From NCBI RefSeq assembly GCF_009914755.1, contig NC_060948.1: a DNA stretch of 64,000 bases; one strand, given 5' to 3'. The notes below the pieces were generated by a model. It saw nothing but the letters and a program-made list of their open reading frames with translations. It was not told where the DNA came from and searched no databases. Positions 1 to 13,600 of the stretch are shown here, piece after piece. Both the position numbers and the translations under genes were made by a program. The DNA comes from the human T2T-CHM13v2.0 reference genome, Homo sapiens. Each line of letters begins with the position of its first letter. Position 1 is the stretch's first letter.

Positions 1-1195
1 CTGCAATAGAAAGGATTCGAATGGAATGAAAAAGAATTGAATGGAATAAAACAGAATGGAATGAAATCGAATGAAATGGAATGGAATAGAAAGGAATGGA
101 ATGAAATGGAATGGAAAGGATTCGAATGGAATGCAATCGAATGGAATGGAATCGAACGGAATGGAATAAAATGGAAGAAAACTGGCAAGAAATGGAATCG
201 AAATGAATGGAGTGTTATGGAACGGACTCAAAAGGAATTGAATGTAATAGAATGGAGTGGAGTGGACTCGAATATAATGGACTGGAATGGAATGAAATCA
301 CATGGAATGGGAACGAATGGAAAGGAATGGAATCGAATGGAAAGGAATCGAATGGAAGGGAATGAAATTGAATCAACAGGAATGGAAGGGAATAGAATAG
401 ACGGTAATGGAATGGACTCGAATAGAATGGACACGAATGCTCAAATTGAATGGACTCGAATGGAATGGAAACGAAAGGAATGTCATCGAATGGAATTGAA
501 TGGATTGGAATGAAATCGCATAGAATGGAGTGGAATCAAATGGAATTGAATCGAAAGGAAAGGAAGCGAATGGACTGAAATGAAATGGAATGGAATTGAA
601 TGGAAAGTAATGCAATGGAATAGAATGGAACGAAATTTCACGGAATGGAATCAAACTGAATGGAATCAAATCAATGGAATCAAATCAAATGGAATGGAAA
701 GGAATTGAATGGAGTAGATTGGATTGGATGGGATTGGAATGAAATGTACTGGAAAGGACTCGAATTTCATGAAACGGAATGGAATGAATTGGAACGGAAT
801 GGACTCGAATGGAATGGAATGTCATGGAATGGCATCAAATGGAATGGCATCAAATGGAATGGAATCGAATGCAATGGAATGCTATGGAATGGAATGGAAT
901 GCATTGGAATGGAATGTCCCCTAATGGAATGGATTCGAGTGGAATGGAATCGAATATAATGGAGTCGAATGAAATGGAATTGAAAGGAATGGGATCGAAT
1001 AGAATGGAATATACTGGAATGTAATGTAATGAACTCGAATGTAATTGACTGGAATGGAATGTACATGAATGGAATGTAATCGAATGGAAAGTAATCCAAT
1101 GGAATAGAATCTAATGCAATAAAACCGACTCAGATAGAGTAGAATGTAATGGAATGGAGTGCAGTGCAATGGAAGGGAATGGAATTGAATGCAAT

Positions 1196-1250
1196 GGAAT
1201 GGAATGGAATGGAATGGAATGGAATGGAATGGAATGGAATGGAATGGAAT
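1196..1250 (+). repeat. Perfect (GGAAT)11 tract; a homologous length-variable tract occurs once per full unit
   Basis: Uninterrupted GGAAT run between GCAAT and GGGAT. Homologous runs start at 4765 (9 copies), 11887 (10), 15461 (6), 19010 (7), 22569 (9), 46627 (10), 53784 (6), 57328 (11) and 60882 (11). Confidence 0.88.
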
Positions 1251-1615
1251 GGGATGGAATGGTATGGAATGGATAGTAATGGACTGGAGTGAAATGGACT
1301 GGAAAGGAATGGACTCAAATTGAAAGGGCTCGAAAGGAATGGAGTCAAATGGAATGGTCTGGAATGGAATGAACACGAATGTAATGCAATCCAATAGAAT
1401 GGAATCGAATGGCATGGAATATAAAGAAATGGAATCGAAGAGAATGGAAACAAATGGAATGGAATTGAATGGAATGGAATTGAATGGAATGGGAACGAAT
1501 GGAGTGAAATTGTATGCAGTAGAAGGGAATAGAATGGAATGCAAGCGAAAGGAAAGGAATGGATTGGAATGGAATGGAATTCATTGGAATGGAAGGGAAT
1601 GTAGTGTAATGGACA

Positions 1616-4600
1616 GGCCTGGAATAAAGTGGAATGCTACGGTCTCGAATGGAATAAAAATGTATGGAATGGAATGCAATGAAACGGAATCGAATGTCAT
1701 AGAATGTAATGGAATGCAAAAAAATGGAATCCAAAATCATTGACTGGAAAGGCTGGGTGTCGAAAGGAATTGACTCCAATGGAATGGAATCGAATGGAAT
1801 GGAAGTGAATAGAATCGAACTAAATCGAATGGAATGGAATTGATAGGAACGGAATGGAAAGGAATGCAATGATTTGGCATGGAATGGAATCGAATGGCAT
1901 CGAATGGAATGGAATGGAATGCAATGGAATGGAATGTATTAGAATGTAATGAACTTTAATGGAATGTACTCGAATGGATTCGACTGGAATGGAATGTTCT
2001 GGAAGTGAATGGACTCCAATGGAATGGATTCCAAAGGAATGGAATCGTACGGAATGGAATCTAATGGAATGGAATTAAATGGAAATGAATCAAATTGAAT
2101 AGCACGGAATTGAATTGAATGGAATGGAATGCAATGGAATCTAATGAAACGGAAAGGAAAGGAATGGAATGGAATGGAATGGACTGGAATGGAAAGGAAT
2201 CGAAACGAATGGAATGGAATCGAACTGAAGAGACTGGAATGGAATGCACTGGAATGGAAGGGAGTGTAATGGAAGGTTCTCGAAAAAAATGGAATCGAAT
2301 GGAATGGAATTGAATGGAACGGAATAGAGTCGAATGGAATTGAATGGAATGGAATGGACTAGAGTGAAATGGAATCGAACCACAAGGAATGGACATGAAT
2401 AGAATGGTCTCGAATTGAATGGAATCGTATGGAATGGCATCAAACGGAATGGAATGGACAGCCACGGAATGGAATGCACTCGAATGCAATGGAGTCGAAA
2501 CTAATGGACTGGAATAGAATGGACTCGACTGGTACGGACTCCAATGGAATGGAATCGAATGGAAGGGAATCGAACGGAATGGACTCGAAGGGAAATGACT
2601 GCAATGGAAAGGTCTCGAATGGAATGGAAATTAATGGAATGGAATGGAATCGAATGAAATGGAGTCAAAAGGAATGGAATCGAATGGCAAGAAATCGAAT
2701 GTAATGGAATCACAAGGAATTGATGTGAACGGAACGGAATGGAATGGAATCCAAAGGAATGGAATAGAATGGAATGGAATCGAATGGAAAGGACTCGAAT
2801 GGAAATCACTCGAATAGAATGCAATTTAATAAAATAGGATCAAATGTAATGGAATGGAATGGAAAGGAATCGAAACGAAAGGAATGGAGACAGATGGAAT
2901 GGAATGGAACAGAGAGCAATGGTATAGAATGGAATGGAATCATCTGGAATGGAATTGAATGGAATGGAATAATATGAAATGGAATGGAATGGAATGGAAT
3001 GGAATGCCCTTGAATTAAATGGACTGGAATGGAATGGACTCGAACAGAGTGGAATGGAAAGTGTTGAGATAGAATGGAATGGACTCCTTTGGAATGGTGT
3101 AGTATGCAATGCAATCGACTGGCAGGGAATCAAAAGGAATGTAATGGAATGGATTGGACTGGAATGCAATGGACTCGAATAGATTGCAAACGGAATGCAA
3201 AGGAATGGAATGGAATATTATGGAATGGAATGGAAAGGAATGGAGTGGAATAGACTAGAGTGGAATGGAATGGACTGGAAAGAAATGGACTGGAATGGAA
3301 CTTTCTTGAATGGACCTGAATCAAACGGAATGGAATGCAATGCAATCAAATGGCATGGAATAAAATAGAATGAAAGAGAATCAAATGGAATTGAATCGAA
3401 TGGAATCGAATGGATTGGAAAGGAATAGAATGGAATGGAATGGAATTGACTCAAATGGAATGGACTAGAATGGAATGGATTCGAATGGAAGGCAAAGGAA
3501 TGGAATCTATTGGAATGGACTGTAATGGAATGGAATGGAAGGGATTGGAATGGACTCGAATGGAATGGACTGCAATAGAAAGGATTCGAATGGAATGAAA
3601 AAGAATTGAATGGAATAAAACAGAATGGAATGAAATCGAATGAAATGGAATGGAATAGAAAGGAATGGAATGAAATGGAATGGAAAGGATTCGAATGGAA
3701 TGCAATCGAATGGAATGGAATCGAACGGAATGGAATAAAATGGAAGAAAACTGGCAAGAAATGGAATCGAAATGAATGGAGTGTTATGGAACGGACTCAA
3801 AAGGAATTGAATGTAATAGAATGGAGTGGAGTGGACTCGAATATAATGGACTGGAATGGAATGAAATCACATGGAATGGGAACGAATGGAAAGGAATGGA
3901 ATCGAATGGAAAGGAATCGAATGGAAGGGAATGAAATTGAATCAACAGGAATGGAAGGGAATAGAATAGACGGTAATGGAATGGACTCGAATAGAATGGA
4001 CACGAATGCTCAAATTGAATGGACTCGAATGGAATGGAAACGAAAGGAATGTCATCGAATGGAATTGAATCGATTGGAATGAAATCGCATAGAATGGAGT
4101 GGAATCAAATGGAATTGAATCGAAAGGAAAGGAAGCGAATGGACTGAAATGAAATGGAATGGAATTGAATGGAAAGTCATGCAATGGAATAGAATGGAAC
4201 GAAATTTCACGGAATGGAATCAAACTGAATGGAATCAAATCAATGGCATCAAATCAAATGGAATGGAAAGGAATTGAATGGAGTAGATTGGATTGGATGG
4301 GATTGGAATGAAATGTACTGGAAAGGACTCGAATTTCATGAAGCGGAATGGAATGAATTGGAACGGAATGGACTCGAATGGAATGGAATGTCATGGAATG
4401 GCATCAAATGGAATGGCATCAAATGGAATGGAATCGAATGCAATGGAATGCTATGGAATGGAATGGAATGCATTGGAATGGAATGTCCCCTAATGGAATG
4501 GATTCGAGTGGAATGGAATCGAATATAATGGAGTCGAATGAAATGGAATTGAAAGGAATGGGATCGAATAGAATGGAATATACTGGAATGTAATGTAATG

Positions 4601-7600
4601 AACTCGAATGTAATTGACTGGAATGGAATGTACATGAATGGAATGTAATCGAATGGAAAGTAATCCAATGGAATAGAATCTAATGCAATAAAACCGACTC
4701 AGATAGAGTAGAATGTAATGGAATGGAGTGCAGTGCAATGGAAGGGATTGGAATTGAATGCAATGGAATGGAATGGAATGGAATGGAATGGAATGGAATG
4801 GAATGGAATGGGATGGAATGGTATGGAATGGATAGTAATGGACTGGAGTGAAATGGACTGGAAAGGAATGGACTCAAATTGAAAGGGCTCGAAAGGAATG
4901 GAGTCAAATGGAATGGTCTGGAATGGAATGAACACGAATGTAATGCAATCCAATAGAATGGAATCGAATGGCATGGAATATAAAGAAATGGAATCGAAGA
5001 GAATGGAAACAAATGGAATGGAATTGAGTGGAATGGAATTGAATGGAATGGGAACGAATGGAATGAAATTGTATGCAGTAGAAGGGAATAGAATGGAATG
5101 CAAGCGAAAGGAAAGGAATGGATTGGAATGGAATGGAATTCATTGGAATGGAAGGGAATGTAGTGTAATGGACAGGCCTGGAATAAAGTGGAATGCTACG
5201 GTCTCGAATGGAATAAAAATGTATGGAATGGAATGCAATGAAACGGAATCGAATGTCATAGAATGTAATGGAATGCAAAAAAATGGAATCCAAAATCATT
5301 GACTGGAAAGGCTGGGTGTCGAAAGGAATTGACTCCAATGGAATGGAATCGAATGGAATGGAAGTGAATAGAATCGAAGTAAATCGAATGGAATGGAATT
5401 GATAGGAACGGAATGGAAAGGAATGCAATGATTTGGCATGGAATGGAATCGAATGGCATCGAATGGAATGGAATGGAATGCAATGGAATGGAATGTATTA
5501 GAATGTAATGAACTTTAATGGAATGTACTCGAATGGATTCGACTGGAATGGAATGTTGTGGAAGTGAATGGACTCCAATGGAATGGATTCCAAAGGAATG
5601 GAATCGTACGGAATGGAATCTAATGGAATGGAATTAAATGGAAATGAATCAAATTGAATAGCACGGAATTGAATTGAATGGAATGGAATGCAATGGAATC
5701 TAATGAAACGGAAAGGAAAGGAATGGAATGGAATGGAATGGGCTGGAATGGAAAGGAATCGAAACGAATGGAATGGAATCGAACTGAAGAGACTGGAATG
5801 GAATGCACTGGAATGGAAGGGAGTGTAATGGAAGGTTCTCGAAAAAAATGGAATCGAATGGAATGGAATTGAATGGAACGGAATAGAGTCGAATGGAATT
5901 GAATGGAATGGAATGGACTAGAGTGAAATGGAATCGAACCACAAGGAATGGACAGGAATAGAATGGTCTCGAATTGAATGGAATCGTATGGAATGGCATC
6001 AAACGGAATGGAATGGACAGCCACGGAATGGAATGCACTCGAATGCAATGGAGTCGAAACTAATGGACTGGAATAGAATGGACTCGACTGGTACGGACTC
6101 CAATGGAATGGAATCGAATGGAAGGGAATCGAACGGAATGGACTCGAAGGGAAAAGACTGCAATGGAAAGGTCTCGAATGGAATGGAAATTAATGGAATG
6201 GAATGGAATCGAATGAAATGGAGTCAAAAGGAATGGAATCGAATGGCAAGAAATCGAATGTAATGGAATCGCAAGGAATTGATGTGAACGGAACGGAATG
6301 GAATGGAATCCAAAGGAATGGAATAGAATGGAATGGAATCGAATGGAAAGGACTCGAATGGAAATCACTCGAATAGAATGCAATTTAATAAAATAGGATC
6401 AAATGTAATGGAATGGAATGGAAAGGAATCGAAACGAAAGGAATGGAGACAGATGGAATGGAATGGAACAGAGAGCAATGGTATAGAATGGAATGGAATC
6501 ATCTGGAATGGAATTGAATGGAATGGAATAATATGAAATGGAATGGAATGGAATGGAATGGAATGCCCTTGAATTAAATGGACTGGAATGGAATGGACTC
6601 GAACAGAGTGGAATGGAAAGTGTTGAGATAGAATGGAATGGACTCCTTTGGAATGGTGTAGTATGCAATGCAATCGACTGGCAGGGAATCAAAAGGAATG
6701 TAATCGAATGGATTGGACTGGAATGCAATGGACTCGAATAGATTGGAAACGGAATGCAAAGGAATGGAATGGAATAGTATGGAATGGAATGGAAAGGAAT
6801 GGAGTGGAATAGACTAGAGTGGAATGGAATGGACTGGAAAGCAATGGACTGGAATGGAACTTTCTTGAATGGACTGGAATCAAACGGAATGGAATGCAAT
6901 GCAATCAAATGGCATGGAATAAAGTAGAATGAAAGAGAATCAAATGGAATTGAATCGAATGGAATCGAATGGATTGGAAAGGAATAGAATGGAATGGAAT
7001 GGAATTGACTCAAATGGAATGGACTAGAATGGAATGGATTCGAATGGAAGGCAAAGGAATGGAATCTATTGGAATGGACTGTAATGGAATGGAATGGAAG
7101 GGATTGGAATGGACTCGAATGGAATGGACTGCAATAGAAAGGATTCGAATGGAATGAAAAAGAATTGAATGGAATAGAACAGAATGGAATCAAATCGAAT
7201 GAAATGGAATGGAATAGAAAGGAATGGAATGAAATGGAATAGAAAGGATTCGAATGGAATGCAATCGAATGGAATGGAATCGAAAGGAATGGAATAAAAT
7301 GGAAGAAAACTGGCAAGAAATGGAATCGAAATGAATGGAGTGTTATGGAACGGACTCAAAAGGAATTGAATGGAATAGAATGGAATGGAGTGGACTCGAA
7401 TATAATGGACTGGAATGGAATGAAATCACATGGAATGGGAACGAATGGAATGGAATGGAAAGGAATGGAATCGAATGGAAAGGAATCGAATGGAAGGGAA
7501 TGAAATTGAATCAACAGGAATGGAAGGGAATAGAATAGACGGTAATGGAATGGACTCGAATAGAATGGACAGGAATGCTCAAATTGAATGGACTCGAATG

Positions 7601-10600
7601 GAATGGAAACGAAAGGAATGTCATCGAATGGAATTGAATCGATTGTAATGAAATCGCATAGAATGGAGTGGAATCAAATGGAATTGAATCGAAAGGAAAG
7701 GAAGCAAATGGACTGAAATGAAATGGAATGGAATTGAATGGAAAGTTATGTAATGGAATAGAATGGAACGAAATTTCACGGAATGGAATCAAACTGAATG
7801 GAATCAAATCAATGGAATCAAATCAAATGGAATGGAAAGGAATTGAATGGAGTAGATTGGATTGGATGGGATTGGAATGAAATGTACTGGAAAGGACTCG
7901 AATTTCATGAAACAGAATGGAATGAATTGGAACGGAATGGACTCGAATGGAATGGAATGTCATGGAATGGCATCAAATGGAATGGCATCAAATGGAATGG
8001 AATCGAATGCAATGGAAGGCTATGGAATGGAATGGAATGCATTGGAATGGAATGTCCTCTAATGGAATGGATTCGAGTGGAATGGAATCGAATATAATGG
8101 AGTCGAATGAAATGGAATTGAAAGGAATGGGATCGAATAGAATGGAATATACTGGAATGTAATGTAATGAACTCGAATGTAATTGACTGGAATGGAATGT
8201 ACATGAATGGAATGTAATCGAATGGAAAGTAATCCAATGGAATAGAATCTAATGCAATAAAACCGACTCAGATAGAGTAGAATGTAATGGAATGGAGTGC
8301 AGTGCAATGGAATGGAATGGAATGGAATGCAATGGAATGGAATGGAATGGAATGGAATGGAATGGAATGGAATGGAATGGTGTGGAATGGATAGTAATGG
8401 ACTGGAGTGAAATGGACTGGAAAGGAATGGACTCAAATTGAAAGGGCTCGAAAGGAATGGAGTCAAATGGAATGGTCTGGAATGGAATGAACACGAATGT
8501 AATGCAATCCAGTAGAATGGAATCGAATGGCATGGAATATAAAGAAATGGAATCGAAGAGAATGGAAACAAATGGAATGGAATTGAATGGAATGGAATTG
8601 AATGGAATGGGAACGAATGGAGTGAAATTGTATGCTGTAGAAGAGAATAGAATGGAATGCAAGCGAAAGGAAAGGAATGGATTAGAATGGAATGGAATTC
8701 ATTGGAATGGAAGGGAATGTAGTGTAATGGACAGGCCTGGAATAAAGTGGAATGCTACGGTCTCGAATGGAATAAAAATATATGGAATGGAATGCAATGA
8801 AACGGAATCGAATGTCATAGAATGTAATGGAATGAAAGAAATGGAATCCAAAAACATTGACTGGAAAGGCTGGGTGTCGAAAGGAATTGACTCCAATGGA
8901 ATGGAATCGAATGGAATGGAAGTGAATAGAATCGAACTAAATCGAATGGAATGGAATTGATAGGAACGGAATGGAAATGAATGCAATGATTTGGCATGGA
9001 ATGGAATCGAATGGCATCGAATGGAATGGAATGGAATGCAATGGAATGGAAAGTATTAGAAAGTAATGAACTTTAATGGAATGTACTCGAATGGATTCGA
9101 CTGGAATGGAATGTTCTGGAAGTGAATGGACTCCAATGGAATGGATTCAAAAGGAATGGAATCGTACGGAATGGAATCTAATGGAATGGAATTAAATGGA
9201 AATGAATCAAATTGAATAGCACGGAATTGAATTGAATGGAATGGAATGCAATGGAATCTAATGAAACGGAAAGGAAAGGAATGGAATGGAATGGAAAGGG
9301 CTGGAATGGAAAGGAATCGAAACGAATGGAATGGAATCGAACTGAAGAGACTGGAATGGAATGCACTGGAATGGAAGGGAGTGTAATGGAAGGTTCTCGA
9401 AAAAAATGGAATCGAATGGAATGGAATTGAATGGAACGGAATAGAGTCGAATGGAATTGAATGGAATGGAATGGACTAGAGTGAAATGGAATCGAACCAC
9501 AAGGAATGGAGAGGAATAGAATGGTCTCGAATTGAATGGAATCGTATGGAATGGCATCAAACGGAATGGAATGGACAGCCACGGAATGGAATGCACTCGA
9601 ATGCAATGGAGTCGAAACTAATGGACTGGAATAGAATGGACTCGACTGGTACGGACTCCAATGGAATGGAATCGAATGGAAGGGAATCGAACGGAATGGA
9701 CTCGAAGGGAAAAGACTGCAATGGAAAGGTCTCGAATGGAATGGAAATTAATGGAATGGAATGGAATCGAATGAAATGGAGTCAAAAGGAATGGAATCGA
9801 ATGGCAAGAAATCGAATGTAATGGAATCGCAAGGAATTGATGTGAATGGAGCGGAATGGAATGGAATCCAAAGGAATGGAATCGAATGGAAAGGACTCGA
9901 ATGGAAATCACTCGAATAGAATGCAATTTAATAAAATAGGATCAAATGTAATGGAATGGAATGGAAAGGAATCGAAACGAAAGGAATGGAGACAGATGGA
10001 ATGGAATGGAACAGAGAGCAATGGTATAGAATGGAATGGAATCATCTGGAATGGAATTGAATGGAATGGAATAATATGAAATGGAATGGAATGGAATGGA
10101 ATGGAATGCCCTTGAATTAAATGGACTGGAATGGAATGGACTCGAACAGAGTGGAATGGAAAGTGTTGAGATAGAATGGAATGGACTCCTTTGGAATGGT
10201 GTAGTATGCAATGCAATCGACTAGCAGGGAATCAAAAGGAATGTAATGGAATGGATTGGACTGGAATGCAATGGACTCGAATAGATTGGAAACGGAATGC
10301 AAAGGAATGCAATGGAATAGGATGGAATGGAATGGAAAGGAATGGAGTGGAATAGACTAGAGTGGAATGGAATGGACTGGAAAGCAATGGACTGGAATGG
10401 AACTTTCTTGAATGGACTGGAATCAAACGGAATAGAATGCAATGCCATCAAATGGCATGGAATAAAATAGAATGAAAGAGAATCAAATGGAATTGAATCG
10501 AATGGAATCGAATGGATTGGAAAGGAATAGAATGGAATGGAATGGAATTGACTCAAATGGAATGGATTCGAATGGAATGGATTCGAATGGAAGGCAAAGG

Positions 10601-13600
10601 AATGGAATCTATTGGAATGGACTGTAATGGACTGTAATGGAATGGAATGGAAAGGATTGGAATGGACTCGAATGGAATGGACTGCAATAGAAAGGATTCG
10701 AATGGAATTAAAAAGAATTGAATGGAATAGAACAGAATGGAATCAAATCGAATGAAATGGAATGGAATAGAAAGGAATGGAATGAAATGGAATGGAAAGG
10801 ATTCGAATGGAATGCAATCGAATGGAATGGAATCGAACGGAATGGAATAAAATGGAAGAAAACTGGCAAGAAATGGAATCGAAATGAATGGAGTGTTATG
10901 GAACGGACTCAAAAGGAATTGAATGTAATAGAATGGAGTGGAGTGGACTCGAATATAATGGACTGGAATGGAATGAAATCACATGGAATGGGAACGAATG
11001 GAATGGAATGGAAAGGAATGGAATCGAATGGAAAGGAATCGAATGGAAGGGAATGAAATTGAATCAACAGGAATGGAAGGGAATAGAATAGACGGTAATG
11101 GAATGGACTCGAATAGAATGGACACGAATGCTCAAATTGAATGGACTCGAATGGAATGGAAATGAAAGGAATGTCATCGAATGGAATTGAATCGATTGGA
11201 ATGAAATCGCATAGAATGGAGTGGAATCAAATGGAATTGAATCGAAAGGAAAGGAAGCGAATGGACTGAAATGAAATGGAATGGAATTGAATGGAAAGTA
11301 ATGCAATGGAATAGAATGGAACGAAATTTCACGGAATGGAATCAAACTGAATGGAATCAAATCAATGGAATCAAATCAAATGGAATGGAAAGGAATTGAA
11401 TGGAGTAGATTGGATTGGATGGGATTGGAATGAAATGTACTGGAAAGGACTCGAATTTCATGAAACGGAATGGAATGAATTGGAACGGAATGGACTCGAA
11501 TGGAATGGAATGTCATGGAATGGCATCAAATGGAATGGCATCAAATGGAATGGAATCGAATGCAATGGAATGCTATGGAATGGAATGGAATGCATTGGAA
11601 TGGAATGTCCTCTAATGGAATGGATTCGAGTGGAATGGAATCGAATATAATGGAGTCGAATGAAATGGAATTGAAAAGAATGGGATCGAATACAATGGAA
11701 TATACTGGAATGTAATGTAATGAACTCGAATGTAATTGACTGGAATGGAATGTACATGAATGGAATGTAATCGAATGGAAAGTAATCCAATGGAATAGAA
11801 TCTAATGCAATAAAACCGACTCAGATAGAGTAGAATGTAATGGAATGGAGTGCAGTGCAATGGAAGGGAATGGAATTGAATGCAATGGAATGGAATGGAA
11901 TGGAATGGAATGGAATGGAATGGAATGGAATGGAATGGGATGGAATGGTATGGAATGGATAGTAATGGACTGGAGTGAAATGGACTGGAAAGGAATGGAC
12001 TCAAATTGAAAGGGCTCGAAAGGAATGGAGTCAAATGGAATGGTCTGGAATGGAATGAACACGAAAGTAATGCAATCCAATAGAATGGAATCGAATGGCA
12101 TGGAATATAAAGAAATGGAATCGAAGAGAATGGAAACAAATGGAATGGAATTGAATGGAATGGAATTGAATGGAATGGGAACGAATGGAGTGAAATTGTA
12201 TGCAGTAGAAGGGAATAGAATGTAATGCAAGCGAAAGGAAAGGAATGGATTGGAATGGAATGGAATTCATTGGAATGGAAGGGAATGTAGTGTAATGGAC
12301 AGGCCTGGAATAAAGTGGAATGCTACGGTCTCGAATGGAATAAAAATGTATGGAATGGAATGCAATGAAACGGAATCGAATGTCATAGAATGTAATGGAA
12401 TGCAAAAAAATGGAATCCAAAATCATTGACTGGAAAGGCTGGGTGTCGAAAGGAATTGACTCCAATGGAATGGAATCGAATGGAATGGAAGTGAATAGAA
12501 TCGAACTAAATCGAATGGAATGGAATTGATAGGAACGGAATGGAAAGGAATGCAATGATTTGGCATGGAATGGAATCGAATGGCATCGAATGGAGTGGAA
12601 TGGAATGCAATGGAATGGAATGTATTAGAATGTAATGAACTTTAATGGAATGTACTCGAATGGATTCGACTGGAATGGAATGTTCTGGAAGTGAATGGAC
12701 TCCAATGGAATGGATTCAAAAGGAATGGAATCGTACGGAATGGAATCTAATGGAATGGAATTAAATGGAAATGAATCAAATTGAATAGCACGGAATTGAA
12801 TTGAATGGAATCGAATGCAATGGAATCTAATGAAACGGAAAGGAAAGGAATGGAATGGAATGGAATGGACTGGAATGGAAAGGAATCGAAACGAATGGAA
12901 TGGAATCGAACTGAAGAGACTGGAATGGAATGCACTGGAATGGAAGGGAGTGTAATGGAAGGTTCTCGAAAGAAATGGAATCGAATGGAATGGAATTGAA
13001 TGGAACGGAATAGAGTCGAATGGAATTGAATGGAATGGAACGGACTAGAGTGAAATGGAATCGAACCGCAAGGAATGGACAGGAATAGAATGGTCTCGAA
13101 TTGAATGGAATCATATGGAATGGCATCAAACGGAATGGAATGGACAGCCACGGAATGGAATGCACTCGAATGCAATGGAGTCGAAACTAATGGACTGGAA
13201 TAGAATGGACTCGACTGGTACGGACTCCAATGGAATGGAATCGAATGGAAGGGAATCGAACGGAATGGACTCGAAGGGAAAAGACTGCAATGGAAAGGTC
13301 TCGAATGGAATGGAAATTAATGGAATGGAATGGAATCGAATGAAATGGAGTCAAAAGGAATGGAATCGAATGGCAAGAAATCGAATGTAGTGGAATCGCA
13401 AGGAATTGATGTGAACGGAACGGAATGGAATGGAATCCAAAGGAATGGAATAGAATGGAATGGAATCGAATGGAAAGGACTCGAATGGAAATCACTCGAA
13501 TAGAATGCAATTTAATAAAATAGGATCAAATGTAATGGAATGGAATGGAAAGGAATCGAATCGAAAGGAATGGAGACAGATGGAATGGAATGGAACAGAG

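Noticed and set aside
1615-1620. Once-per-unit palindromes (AGGCCT, CGTACG, TGTACA) as recombination or regulatory sites
   Set aside because: 6-bp palindromes are expected by chance in 3.5 kb and recur only because the unit repeats. None coincides with the mapped deletion junction.
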